Positions 21,359 through 30,419 of a stretch of 53,787 nucleotides of DNA are shown here, one piece after another. The position numbers and the translations under genes were made by a program. Within the stretch, counting starts at the first letter, position 1. Each line of letters starts with the position of its first letter. A model generated the notes under the pieces. It was not told where the DNA came from, did not search any database, and saw only the letters and a program-made list of their open reading frames with translations. Source of the DNA: Methanomassiliicoccales archaeon (GTDB taxonomy: Archaea; Thermoplasmatota; Thermoplasmata; SG8-5); assembly GCA_030612505.1 (NCBI GenBank), contig JAUWNU010000002.1:1-53787 (forward strand). The letters are read 5' to 3'.

Positions 21359-21448
21359 CGCAAATTTGACAATTAAATTATAGTAATCTATGTCAAATCT
21401 GCGTCTCTCCTATTTTTGACTATAACTTTATTTTAAGTTTCAAAAATA
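21359..21448. repeat. Double inverted-repeat site (TTTGAC…GTCAAA x2), copy 1
   Basis: CGCAAATTTGACA-N19-TGTCAAATCTGCG followed by TATTTTTGAC…TTCAAAAATA; inverted homolog at 26864..26954. Confidence 0.7.
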
Positions 21449-21459
21449 TGATGCCGATG

Positions 21460-21507
21460 GCGACCACCTCCCCGCCCTCCGCTTCGCTTTAGACGGGGCA
21501 TGATTGG
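21460..21507 (-). repeat. Hairpin repeat family, solo-hairpin copy G
   Basis: GCGACCACCTCCCCGCCCTCCGCTTCGCTTTAGACGGGGCATGATTGG. Confidence 0.85.
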
Positions 21508-21680
21508 CCAGGCCGTCTGAGGGTTGCGCCTACCTTCTTCTTATCATAACCCACCGCCCAAATCCTAAACACTCGATTAATTGACCCCGGCTAATTAACT
21601 ATCCTCGGGGATAAAGTCGGTTTGAAAATAGTATATTAGGATCAATAATGGGACTTTGGGGTCAAGCTTGAATGCTTAGC

Positions 21681-22349
21681 TCAATCTGTGTCCCTACAAA
21701 GGAATATTGATTTTTTCTTAACGGTGGCATCTTCTTCATAGGTGAAAGAGAAGTAATCAGAATTTCCTATTTTCAATGCTTTTACTATTTTATCCAGTTT
21801 TTTCACTGCATTGCCACTGCCAAAAAGTATCAATAAGTCTGGTTGTAGTGATTTCAAGCGAATGTCTAACTTTTTAATGATTTCTTCCTCTTTGTCTTGG
21901 TTCGATACTAATGTTGCATATCTCTCAACATCATCTAAAAGAATTTTCAATTTTTCTTTTATTTCTTTTGGTTTCATCTCATTCATAACCAACCTTTGAA
22001 TTAAATTGAATATAATTCCATTCTGTATGAGAGCAACAATTAACACACCCTTCTTTTTGTGGTCTTTTCTTATCTTGTCCAAGCATTTCATAACCTTTTC
22101 ATCTTTACCTTCATTCTTTCTTAGCCATATTCCTGTTTTGGCAAGTTTTTGATGGGTTTTATCAGTGAAATGTTTTCTGTATAATTTCATTTCTTTTGAT
22201 TTAGCTATCTCTCTCAAATCAACTAATTCAGAATCATCTGGAAGAAATCCAAGTTCTCTTGCCTTAATTTTCAATGCGTGGCTTCGTATTTCATCAGCAG
22301 TAAAATCAAGTGATGCCTTAATACCCTTTTCTATAATGTCTTCTTCCAC
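21681..22349 (-). CDS. Hypothetical lysine-rich protein
   Basis: 222-aa ORF translationally coupled to the upstream 79-aa ORF. Confidence 0.7.
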   Translation of the reverse strand: MEEDIIEKGIKASLDFTADEIRSHALKIKARELGFLPDDSELVDLREIAKSKEMKLYRKHFTDKTHQKLAKTGIWLRKNEGKDEKVMKCLDKIRKDHKKKGVLIVALIQNGIIFNLIQRLVMNEMKPKEIKEKLKILLDDVERYATLVSNQDKEEEIIKKLDIRLKSLQPDLLILFGSGNAVKKLDKIVKALKIGNSDYFSFTYEEDATVKKKSIFLCRDTD

Positions 22350-22588
22350 TATATTTCCCCATATTCTTCCGTATATGAAATTAAGCTATATGGGTCATTG
22401 TTTATTATTACTGTACTTCCGCCTAAAAGAACCAAAGATTCCATCAAAACATATTCCCCTGTGTATTTGTCCTTTACTTTTCTCGATTTCTCATTGTAAA
22501 TATATGTTCCATCTGTGTCATAACCGAGTTCTTTCAATAATGCTTCTTTTGAATTTTTTGAAACATCGTTGAGATTTATTATTTCCAT
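22349..22588 (-). CDS. Small hypothetical protein
   Basis: 79-aa ORF with GGTGA RBS. Confidence 0.7.
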   Translation of the reverse strand: MEIINLNDVSKNSKEALLKELGYDTDGTYIYNEKSRKVKDKYTGEYVLMESLVLLGGSTVIINNDPYSLISYTEEYGEI

Positions 22589-22804
22589 CTTCTCACCTTA
22601 AATTAATTGATTGGGGATTTCCAGCCCCCTATTAAATCTTTCTCTCTTCCTTCCCAGACATGATTCTAACGAATCCATCATACCTATATGATAGACAGGT
22701 AATTTATACTTTTTGATTGGTTACACTATTTTTGAAGTAATCATAAATTCGTCTTAGTACCGGGCACGCATATTTCATGAATTTACAAATTATAGGCGTT
22801 GCGT

Positions 22805-22966
22805 CTACCTTCTGATCTTTCGACCATATTTTCTGCCAACTTTCTTGCCGACTTTTCCACCTATATGTGAACCGACTGGTCCGCCATATTTTACACCAAC
22901 TGCGCGACCTGCTGCTTCACCAACTTGGCCGCCAGCTTTTTGATAGGTCTTGGGTTTTTTTGCCAT
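22805..22966 (-). CDS. 53-aa cationic glycine-zipper peptide
   Basis: MAKKPKTYQKAGGQVGEAAGRAVGVKYGGPVGSHIGGKVGKKVGRKYGRKIRR; AGGAGG RBS before the ATG at 22966. Confidence 0.7.
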   Translation of the reverse strand: MAKKPKTYQKAGGQVGEAAGRAVGVKYGGPVGSHIGGKVGKKVGRKYGRKIRR

Positions 22967-23085
22967 GAATATTTCCTCCTTTAGATTGATATTCATAGGA
23001 TGGCTTATAAAGGTTGATTGGGGGTGGGCGAAAGTATAGGGCATGCAACCAACCGAACACACAAGAACAATCCAGCCAACACGAA

Positions 23086-23236
23086 CATGCCCCGTCTGTG
23101 TGAGCATTGCCTGCAATGCGAGCGAGACTGTTAACCGAAGGTTCAGTCGAAGAGGGCGGGGTATATGTGCCAGATTTGTGGAAGCTGGCAGTGACAAAAG
23201 GCCATTCGGATACCTCGTCCGTTAGGGCGGGGAGGT
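23086..23236 (+). repeat. IS200/IS605-like hairpin MITE, divergent copy D
   Basis: CATGCCCCGTCTGTG-[different two-hairpin insert]-AGGGCGGGG, inner hairpin TGCCAG/CTGGCA, CCTCGTCCGTTAGGGCGGGGAGGT. Confidence 0.75.
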
Positions 23237-23520
23237 TCTAGCATATCATCGATACCGTCAACCCAGGGAACATCTCAACCAAGGGCCAGGCCGTCTTATG
23301 GTTACGCCTACTTTTTATACTTTCACCAACCCCCAAAGTCTGTTTATATACATCGGTGGGAATAGCAGAAATATGAAGATTGAGAATGAGGAAAATATCG
23401 ATACGCCGCCCATAACGAAATTGCCTCCTGGCCGAGATACACTTTCGGGGGCAGCCGCAGTTGCCAGTTAGCCGAAAGCATTATATATTCTGTGTTACAA
23501 TAGTAATATAAGTGGTTACC

Positions 23521-23745
23521 ATGGCAACAACAAAAACATTGAATGTGAGAATAACCGAAAGCCAGCATGAAGAATTGGGCGCGCTTGTAGAGCGAGGAGA
23601 TTATGTGTCCAAGGGAGAGTTCATTCGAGAACTATTGCGCGAGAAGTTCGACGATTTCTCCTCTTATCTGCACGAAAAAGCTGCGGCAGATAGAGATAAG
23701 CATGTTTCTCTAGAGGATTACGGCAAGTCCAGAGGATTAGAATGA
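23521..23745 (+). CDS. Ribbon-helix-helix antitoxin
   Basis: TLNVRIT…LVERGDYVSKGEFIRELLR; ATGA overlap with the toxin. Confidence 0.85.
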   Translation: MATTKTLNVRITESQHEELGALVERGDYVSKGEFIRELLREKFDDFSSYLHEKAAADRDKHVSLEDYGKSRGLE

Positions 23746-24002
23746 GCTATTCTGTCTTTCTTCATCCGGATGTCGAGGAATATTTGGATTCGCTTTCCCA
23801 GAGCGAGAGAAAGAGATGCTACATAAGTTTGAAAAAGCTGGCCCTTGACCCATACAAAACCAGGTCTGGTTGTGACATAAAGAAGATGAAAGGTAAAAAG
23901 GTGTATTATCGGTTGCGTGTCGGAAATAACAGGTTTTTATACGTGATATCTGGCAATGAAGTTTTTGTCGAAGAAGCTTTCAAACGCGGAAAAGAATACT
24001 AG
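23742..24002 (+). CDS. relE: RelE/ParE-family toxin
   Basis: YSVFLHP…IKKMKG…YRLRVGNNRFLY. Confidence 0.9.
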   Translation: MSYSVFLHPDVEEYLDSLSQSERKRCYISLKKLALDPYKTRSGCDIKKMKGKKVYYRLRVGNNRFLYVISGNEVFVEEAFKRGKEY

Positions 24003-24011
24003 TCAACAATA

Positions 24012-24092
24012 GCCAACCACCGGGAACACCTCAATCAACGGCCAATCCATGGAACACCTCAATCAACGGCCAGCCCTGAGAATTACGCCTCC
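24012..24092 (+). repeat. Tandem copies of the flanking module GGAACACCTCAATCAACGGCCA
   Basis: Two tandem copies here; also at ~21225-21261 and degenerate at ~23260-23288. Confidence 0.8.
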
Positions 24093-24303
24093 CCAATTAT
24101 CACCCCCGATTCTCATCGCCCCGCCCTTATATCCTCCAACGGAGTTTGTTGGGTTATGAATGATATAACAAGAATTGTTAATTTTGTACAAGATAATGGA
24201 ACATACAAATATTGAAAGGTAATAATTGATTGAAAATTATTTGTATATCTTATGCGTATATATTTTAACATTAAATAACGAGGAGTTAACGGGAAGTGAA
24301 ATT

Positions 24304-25662
24304 ATGTTAGTGTTAATGAGATTGTATGCAAAAAGTGGGGTGTCTGAACTATGGAATGCCATTGAATTTCAAAAGAGAAATCTATATTGGAAAGAGATCA
24401 ATCCATTATACGCCATCCAGCAGGAGAGAAAGAGGTACTTAAGCATGGTTTTGGACATTAAAAACTTCGAGTCCTTCCAACGGTTGTTTCTTAATAATAT
24501 TGCCACCATGACCCCGGTTAAGAAAATCATGACCATTCCTATAATGTCCCCGATTTATTTTCCCCTTCCAAAGGATCACCCGACAGATTTTATCAGGTAC
24601 CAGGTTTTCTTGAGGGTATCTCCAGAAAAGTACAATGAGGTTTACTCAAAGATTATAACTCTTAAGTATCCAGAAGACATTATCGTGACATATCTTTCTC
24701 ACTCATTTGGAGATGATGACATGATTATATCGTTATTGGCTAGAGACAGGGAAACTGCGCTTGATTTCGTAAACGATTCCATTGGGAAGATTGACGGTGT
24801 TTTTGCTCATGACACATCGCGTGTTATTAGAAGTGAATATCTCCTACCACCTGATAAGGCACAGGCACATAAGGCACGCTTCCTATATTCAACACCTGCG
24901 GGTAAGAAAGGTGAGTTCTCGAACCCAGATGCATACGAAAAGTACATTAAAGAGCGAACTCCGGTAACAGTAATAGTTAGACTCTTCGCCAAAAAATCAC
25001 TATCCAAACTCTGGGCTGACATAGAAAACCACATACCAAAATTCGAATCAAAAGAACTTGTTCCACTCTATGCCTCTCAGCAAGAAGAACAGGATTATAT
25101 TTCCGTTATTTTCGAGGCAACGAACTTCGAGGTTCTAAGAGATGTGTTGACAAAGAATATTCCTACATTAGTTGACGTGAGAAAAACCAGGACCATCCCC
25201 ATGTTAGAGCCATGCTATTATCTCATGCCAAAGAAACACCCAGAGAATTTGGAGAGATACCTAATCAACATACAAGTAGAACCCAATCTATTTCAACAAG
25301 TTCGCTCAAAGATTGTTAGTCACAACAATCCTGACAATGTTTTCTTGTCCTATATTGGATATGTATTATCAGGAGACGATGACATTATACTTTCGATTCT
25401 TGCAGATTCACAGAAGACAGCTCGAACATTCGCAAAGGAAGTTTTTGAACAAATGGAAGGGGTTCACACATATGATATCTCCAATCAATTGAAAACAAGA
25501 AGATTGGCTTCAAAGAGCAGGTGGAAACAACACCAAGGAAAATATCTCTCGAGTTATGATAAACAACATAGGAAAGATTATGACCGTAGATTTGACTGGA
25601 CCGATGACTACTATGAATATGCCCTGATGTCTGGGGCTTATCATCTGGATATGGAAGAGTAG
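24304..25662 (+). CDS. Internally duplicated Lrp/AsnC ligand-binding(RAM)-like protein without HTH
   Basis: Two ~220-aa halves (RLYAK…PLYAIQQE…GDDDMI vs RLFAK…PLYASQQE…GDDDII); ferredoxin-like periodicity. Confidence 0.6.
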   Translation: MLVLMRLYAKSGVSELWNAIEFQKRNLYWKEINPLYAIQQERKRYLSMVLDIKNFESFQRLFLNNIATMTPVKKIMTIPIMSPIYFPLPKDHPTDFIRYQVFLRVSPEKYNEVYSKIITLKYPEDIIVTYLSHSFGDDDMIISLLARDRETALDFVNDSIGKIDGVFAHDTSRVIRSEYLLPPDKAQAHKARFLYSTPAGKKGEFSNPDAYEKYIKERTPVTVIVRLFAKKSLSKLWADIENHIPKFESKELVPLYASQQEEQDYISVIFEATNFEVLRDVLTKNIPTLVDVRKTRTIPMLEPCYYLMPKKHPENLERYLINIQVEPNLFQQVRSKIVSHNNPDNVFLSYIGYVLSGDDDIILSILADSQKTARTFAKEVFEQMEGVHTYDISNQLKTRRLASKSRWKQHQGKYLSSYDKQHRKDYDRRFDWTDDYYEYALMSGAYHLDMEE

Positions 25663-25876
25663 TAAATTCGTTTTCACTAATTATTAGTTGCGAGCGAAGC
25701 GGAGGGGGCAGGGCTAGGAAACTTTATGAAAACAGATAATAATTGTGTTTGCGAGGCCGCCTAATGAATGAAATGAATTAGGTTGGGTCTTTCACCACCA
25801 ACGGCCTACCAGGTCTATTATCGCCAATGATACCCACCGCCCCAACCTTATACCCCCAGACAAAGATTGTTGGGTT

Positions 25877-26248
25877 ATGAAAGAGCCAAAGTTCGACTTC
25901 TCCAGGCCAACCGGCGATATAGGTCTGCTCCTGCTTGTGATGAGCCTTATTGCCTATGCTGTCTGGCTCGTTATTTCTATTCAGAATATCTGGTCTTCCA
26001 ATGCTGCTGAAAAGAATTATTTTATTGTGGTCAGTATTGTGCTGATCATTGCTCTGGTCCTTCTCTCCATCAATTATCGCCATGTCAAAAAATTAAATAA
26101 AAAGATACCTGAGTGGATTGTGTTCAAAGGGGATTCAAAGCAGGTACTTCCTCCGCTGTGCCAGAAATGCCGGTATCCTGCAAGATGGGCAGTCGAGTTT
26201 GATTCCTGGTATTGCGATAAATGCAATTATTTGGCTGGCCCATTTTGA
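25877..26248 (+). CDS. Two-TM membrane protein with C-terminal zinc ribbon
   Basis: Two hydrophobic segments; CQKC…WYCDKC. Confidence 0.75.
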   Translation: MKEPKFDFSRPTGDIGLLLLVMSLIAYAVWLVISIQNIWSSNAAEKNYFIVVSIVLIIALVLLSINYRHVKKLNKKIPEWIVFKGDSKQVLPPLCQKCRYPARWAVEFDSWYCDKCNYLAGPF

Positions 26249-26863
26249 ATCTTTATTTCTTCAGCATATAATCTCAAACATTGAAAAATAAGTAGAGCGA
26301 GGTTTGGGACTTGCGTCCCATGTTGGAGAGAGAAACCCCGCCCGTGGGGAAGAGTTTATCGTGATTTTTCTTGATTTCTGCCCACGTAATAACTTCCTGT
26401 TTCCCATAGGGATATTGACCAGGGCATATTAATAATTAACATGCTAATTATTGCTATATGCAGCACTTTCGCAGAAAAAGAAAAAAAAGAACGGAGATGA
26501 TGTTTATGAACCTTCATAAAAAAATGAAGGGAGTTCATCGTAATGGCGAGGAGTTTGCAAAGAAATCATGCAAACCCCTCTGATAGGTCGTTGGGGTGGG
26601 ATTAACTTATGATAATGAAACATATTCTTGAGCCTATATATACCCTCTTTGAACATTCTCAATTTTGATAAAATGCATACACTAGTAATTTACTGCCGCA
26701 CATAGCTGATAGGATGAATCTTAGATTCATCCCTTTTCATGGGCTGGATGAAAGCGAGGGGCAGTAAACAGAGGAATCCGCCACACCCGCAGCAAAAAAT
26801 TCGAAATTTTTGTTTAGAATTCACAGGCATGTGGCTTATTGAGGTAAACATACAGTCATAACA

Positions 26864-26954
26864 TAACTTTGACAATTGATGAATAAATATTCGTCAAAGT
26901 TAAGTTAAACGCAAATTTGACAAACATGATGATGACTTAAATGTCAAATTTGCG
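26864..26954. repeat. Double inverted-repeat site, copy 2 (inverted relative to 21359..21448)
   Basis: TAACTTTGAC-N19-GTCAAAGTTA then CGCAAATTTGACA-N19-TGTCAAATTTGCG. Confidence 0.7.
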
Positions 26955-26987
26955 ACATAAAGGAACTGGCATCTATATCATCAACCA

Positions 26988-27021
26988 GAAACGCCAGCTC
27001 CTTTAGGGGCTGGTAGTTTAC
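26988..27021 (+). mobile_element. Orphan IS200/IS605-type right-end hairpin
   Basis: CCAGCTCC-TTTA-GGGGCTGG-TAGTTTAC, the usual right-end architecture of the family. Confidence 0.6.
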
Positions 27022-27122
27022 GAAATGACAACTCATTAAACATGCACAACTCTTTTTTCTTTTTTTGTTATCCAAAAAATAAAATATGTGTAGAATATTG
27101 TTTAGCATTAGTGGTGAAGACT

Positions 27123-27833
27123 ATGAACAAAAACACTGAAATAAATAAGATAAAATTAGAATGGCTTGGCCATTCTTGTTTTAGAATTGAGATTGCCAAT
27201 GAGTCTTTTTATTTTGATCCAGTAAGAAAGAACGTTGTATTGGGAACCTCTCTGGAACCTCTAAAGGAAAAGAAGGCATCTGCGATTTTCGTCTCACACG
27301 AACATTGGGACCATTTCAATACTGAAACCATATTGGCTCTTTGTTCCCCTCAGACCAAAATATATTGCCCCATGGATGTTGCTGGCCCCCTGTCATATGG
27401 AATGACCTTTGAAGGCAGCAGTCCCGAAGAACTCCAAAAACTCACCAGACAAATCACCCCTGCCCAAAAAGAAGATATTATCAAGATTAATGATGTACAA
27501 ATCAAATGTTTAGAGGCTTCAGAGGGCTTATCATTCTTGATAGTTCACGAAGAGAGAAAATTACTATTCATGGGAGACTCCACAGCAACAAATGATATGA
27601 TAAAAGAGAAACCAGATATTGTTTTATTCCCAGTATGGGCGGTAAAAGGTGAGGAAGCAAAGTTGGAAGAGTTCCTAGACCTTGCAAGGGAAAGTCTCTG
27701 TATACCCATGCATTATTACAATTCGCCAGATGCCCTGCCTCAGTTTCGTGTGGATCCGCAAGAGATTCAAGAGTTATTGTCTAATAAGGTAAATATGAAA
27801 ATTCTGGAGAAAAACAGAATATATGAAATCTAA
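27123..27833 (+). CDS. MBL-fold metallo-hydrolase
   Basis: WLGHSCF, FDP, SHEHWDH, MGDS, PMHY. Confidence 0.92.
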   Translation: MNKNTEINKIKLEWLGHSCFRIEIANESFYFDPVRKNVVLGTSLEPLKEKKASAIFVSHEHWDHFNTETILALCSPQTKIYCPMDVAGPLSYGMTFEGSSPEELQKLTRQITPAQKEDIIKINDVQIKCLEASEGLSFLIVHEERKLLFMGDSTATNDMIKEKPDIVLFPVWAVKGEEAKLEEFLDLARESLCIPMHYYNSPDALPQFRVDPQEIQELLSNKVNMKILEKNRIYEI

Positions 27834-27914
27834 ATTCAAGATTAATCGAAGCAAGCTTGATTGTTGAATTAGGAGGCATATTCATAAATACAAGTAAACC
27901 AATATTTACAGAGG

Positions 27915-28832
27915 TTGGCCATGAACATACAAGAGACTTCTGTCAAGATAGAAGATATGACAATCCGCGGAGCCGGACGAATTGCCAGACATGCCTCATT
28001 GGCGCTGAAGGACTATGCTAGCTCTTATTCAGGTAATGACCTGGAAGAATTTCTTCAGGGCCTCGATAAAGCCGCAGTTAGATTGATTTCCACAAGGCCA
28101 ACAGCTATTTCACTCTTCAATGGAGTGCAATTAACTCTAAAAGGTGTTAAAGAGGAATCTGAGTTGGAATCTGCCAGGCAATTACTAATAAAAAATTCTG
28201 ATGCTTTCTGCGAACTGTCAAATTCAGCATATGGCAAGATGGCCAGTTATGGTCCAGACCTGGTTCCGGAAACCGGAAAAAAGGCAATAACAATCTGCAA
28301 TTCCACTGCCGCAATATCTGTCATCAAGGCAGCATACCAGGCAGGAAAAATTACTGGTGTTTATGCATGCGAGACCAGGCCGAAAAAGCAAGGTCTTATT
28401 ACTGTTCGTGAGCTGGCAGAGGCCGGTGTTCCAGTAACCTTAATTGTTGACTCGGCAATGAGATATGTCATGCCCCAGGTTTCTATTGCTTTCATTGGAA
28501 CCGATTCTCTGGAATCCGATGGCAGCGTTATTAATAAAATTGGAACCCAGATACTTGCAGTAACCGCTAGAGACTTCAATGTTCCGGTTTATTCATGCAC
28601 TGAAACCTACAAGTTCTTGCCGCCAAGCAAGGCAGGCCAGCGAGTTCAGATCGAGCTAAGGCCTATAGACGAGATTATTGCTCCCGAGGAACTGCCGGAT
28701 GGCGTGGAGGTCTACAATCCCGTATTTGATAGGGTGCCGCCGGAGCTCATTACCGGCATAATTACTGAGGTCGGGGTAATCAAGCCCTCCCAGGTATCCA
28801 GCATCTCTGAGAGATATCTTGAGGGAATTTAA
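27915..28832 (+). CDS. Ribose-1,5-bisphosphate isomerase (eIF-2B-like family)
   Basis: IRGAGRIA, TRPTAISL, CNS, ETRP, NKIGT, NPVFD; adjacent to AMP phosphorylase. Confidence 0.92.
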   Translation: MAMNIQETSVKIEDMTIRGAGRIARHASLALKDYASSYSGNDLEEFLQGLDKAAVRLISTRPTAISLFNGVQLTLKGVKEESELESARQLLIKNSDAFCELSNSAYGKMASYGPDLVPETGKKAITICNSTAAISVIKAAYQAGKITGVYACETRPKKQGLITVRELAEAGVPVTLIVDSAMRYVMPQVSIAFIGTDSLESDGSVINKIGTQILAVTARDFNVPVYSCTETYKFLPPSKAGQRVQIELRPIDEIIAPEELPDGVEVYNPVFDRVPPELITGIITEVGVIKPSQVSSISERYLEGI

Positions 28833-28852
28833 ATTTACAGGAGGTATATAAT

Positions 28853-30382
28853 ATGAAATATAAAATTAAAGAAATAAATGTGGATGCAGGCGAATTTACT
28901 ATAATACTGAATAGTGCAGACGCGAAAGAATTAGGAGTTCGTTCGCTGGACCGGGTTAAGGTGATCGCTGGTGAGCATACAATAACCTGTATTGTGGAAA
29001 CTTCTGATTCAGTGGTTTCCCAGGGTGAGATAGGCATTCTCTGCAAGGCCTTCGAAAAGCTAAAGGCTTGTGACGGCGGAGATGTTGATGTCATACCCAC
29101 TAGCAGGCCCCATTCTGTTGAATTGATTAAGAAAAAGATCGAAGGCCATGTATTAACTTCTGATGAAATTCGGGAGATAATTACTGACATTACCAAACAC
29201 AATCTCACAGATATCGAATTAACAGCATATGTTGTGGCATGCCAGCTTAATGGCATGAACCTGGATGAAACAACCGCCCTAACAAGGTCCATGGTTGAGA
29301 CCGGCGATACAATTGAGTTAGATAAATCGCCAGTGTTCGACTTTCACAGCATCGGCGGCGCACCCGGGAATAAAATAACACTGCTGGTTGTGCCAATAGT
29401 TGCCGCTGCCGGATTATACATTCCAAAAACATCTTCCAGGGCAATATCCAGTGCCTGCGGAACTGCTGATATTTTTGAGACCATTGCCCGGGTAAGTCTA
29501 GAAATCGACGAGATAAAGCACATAACCGAGGAGATTGGTGGGGTAATTGCCTGGGGCGGGCATGTGAACTTTGCTCCTGCTGATGATTTGATTATTCGCG
29601 TGGAATATCCGCTGAGCATTGACCCCTACAGCCAGTTAATTGCCTCGGTCATGGCTAAAAAGAAAGCAGTAGGCGCAGATTATTTCCTGCTGGATATCCC
29701 AACTGGCCCTGGAACAAAAGTCGAGGACTATGAGCTTGCCCACAAGTATGCCAATGATTTTATTGAAATTGGAAGAAGACTGGACATGAAGGTTGAATGC
29801 GCAATTACCTACGGCGGCCAGCCACTTGGACGGCATATTGGACCCAAACTGGAGGCACAGGAGGCCATGCAGATTCTTGAGGGAAAAATTACCCGGAGCA
29901 GCGTTATTGAGAAGGCTGTTTCCATGGCAGGCATACTCTTCGAAATGTCTGGCATGATTAATGGCAAGCAGAAAGCCCGTGAGATTCTGGAAAATGGTCA
30001 GGCACTTGCCAAGATGCGGCAAATTCTCAAGGCCCAGGATGGCGATCCTAATTTGAAATCTGAAGATATCAAGCCAGGTGAGTTCAAGGCAGTAATAACA
30101 GCTAACCAGGATGGCTATGTCACGTTTCTTGATAATAAGAAACTTGTGCGACTGGCTAGAACCGCAGGTTCCCCCAGGGACCACGGCGCTGGACTTGTGT
30201 TCCTGAAAAAGCGTGGCGACCACATAGAAAAGGACCAGCCAATGTTCGAGATCCACGGCGACAATGAAAGAAAAGTTCTCGAGGCAGCAGCCCTGTCAAA
30301 TCGCCTGAAACCCTATACTGTTGAGGGAATGATAATCGAGCATATTCCCAGCACCACCAGGCCAGTAGAATACGAGGATTAA
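28853..30382 (+). CDS. deoA: AMP phosphorylase
   Basis: N-terminal double-psi-barrel extension, DFHSIGGAPGNK, PKTSSRAISSACGTAD, SVMAKK. Confidence 0.95.
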   Translation: MKYKIKEINVDAGEFTIILNSADAKELGVRSLDRVKVIAGEHTITCIVETSDSVVSQGEIGILCKAFEKLKACDGGDVDVIPTSRPHSVELIKKKIEGHVLTSDEIREIITDITKHNLTDIELTAYVVACQLNGMNLDETTALTRSMVETGDTIELDKSPVFDFHSIGGAPGNKITLLVVPIVAAAGLYIPKTSSRAISSACGTADIFETIARVSLEIDEIKHITEEIGGVIAWGGHVNFAPADDLIIRVEYPLSIDPYSQLIASVMAKKKAVGADYFLLDIPTGPGTKVEDYELAHKYANDFIEIGRRLDMKVECAITYGGQPLGRHIGPKLEAQEAMQILEGKITRSSVIEKAVSMAGILFEMSGMINGKQKAREILENGQALAKMRQILKAQDGDPNLKSEDIKPGEFKAVITANQDGYVTFLDNKKLVRLARTAGSPRDHGAGLVFLKKRGDHIEKDQPMFEIHGDNERKVLEAAALSNRLKPYTVEGMIIEHIPSTTRPVEYED

Positions 30383-30419
30383 TCAAAAAAACTATTTACT
30401 TCGGCGTGATACTCCTATC

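Noticed and set aside
22967..23197. N-terminal extension of the 130-aa ORF 22805..23197
   Set aside because: It runs through repeat D; the strong RBS and composition point to the ATG at 22966.
26689..26768. Hammerhead ribozyme
   Set aside because: CTGATAG and GAAA are present, but the CUGANGA core and stem order do not fit.
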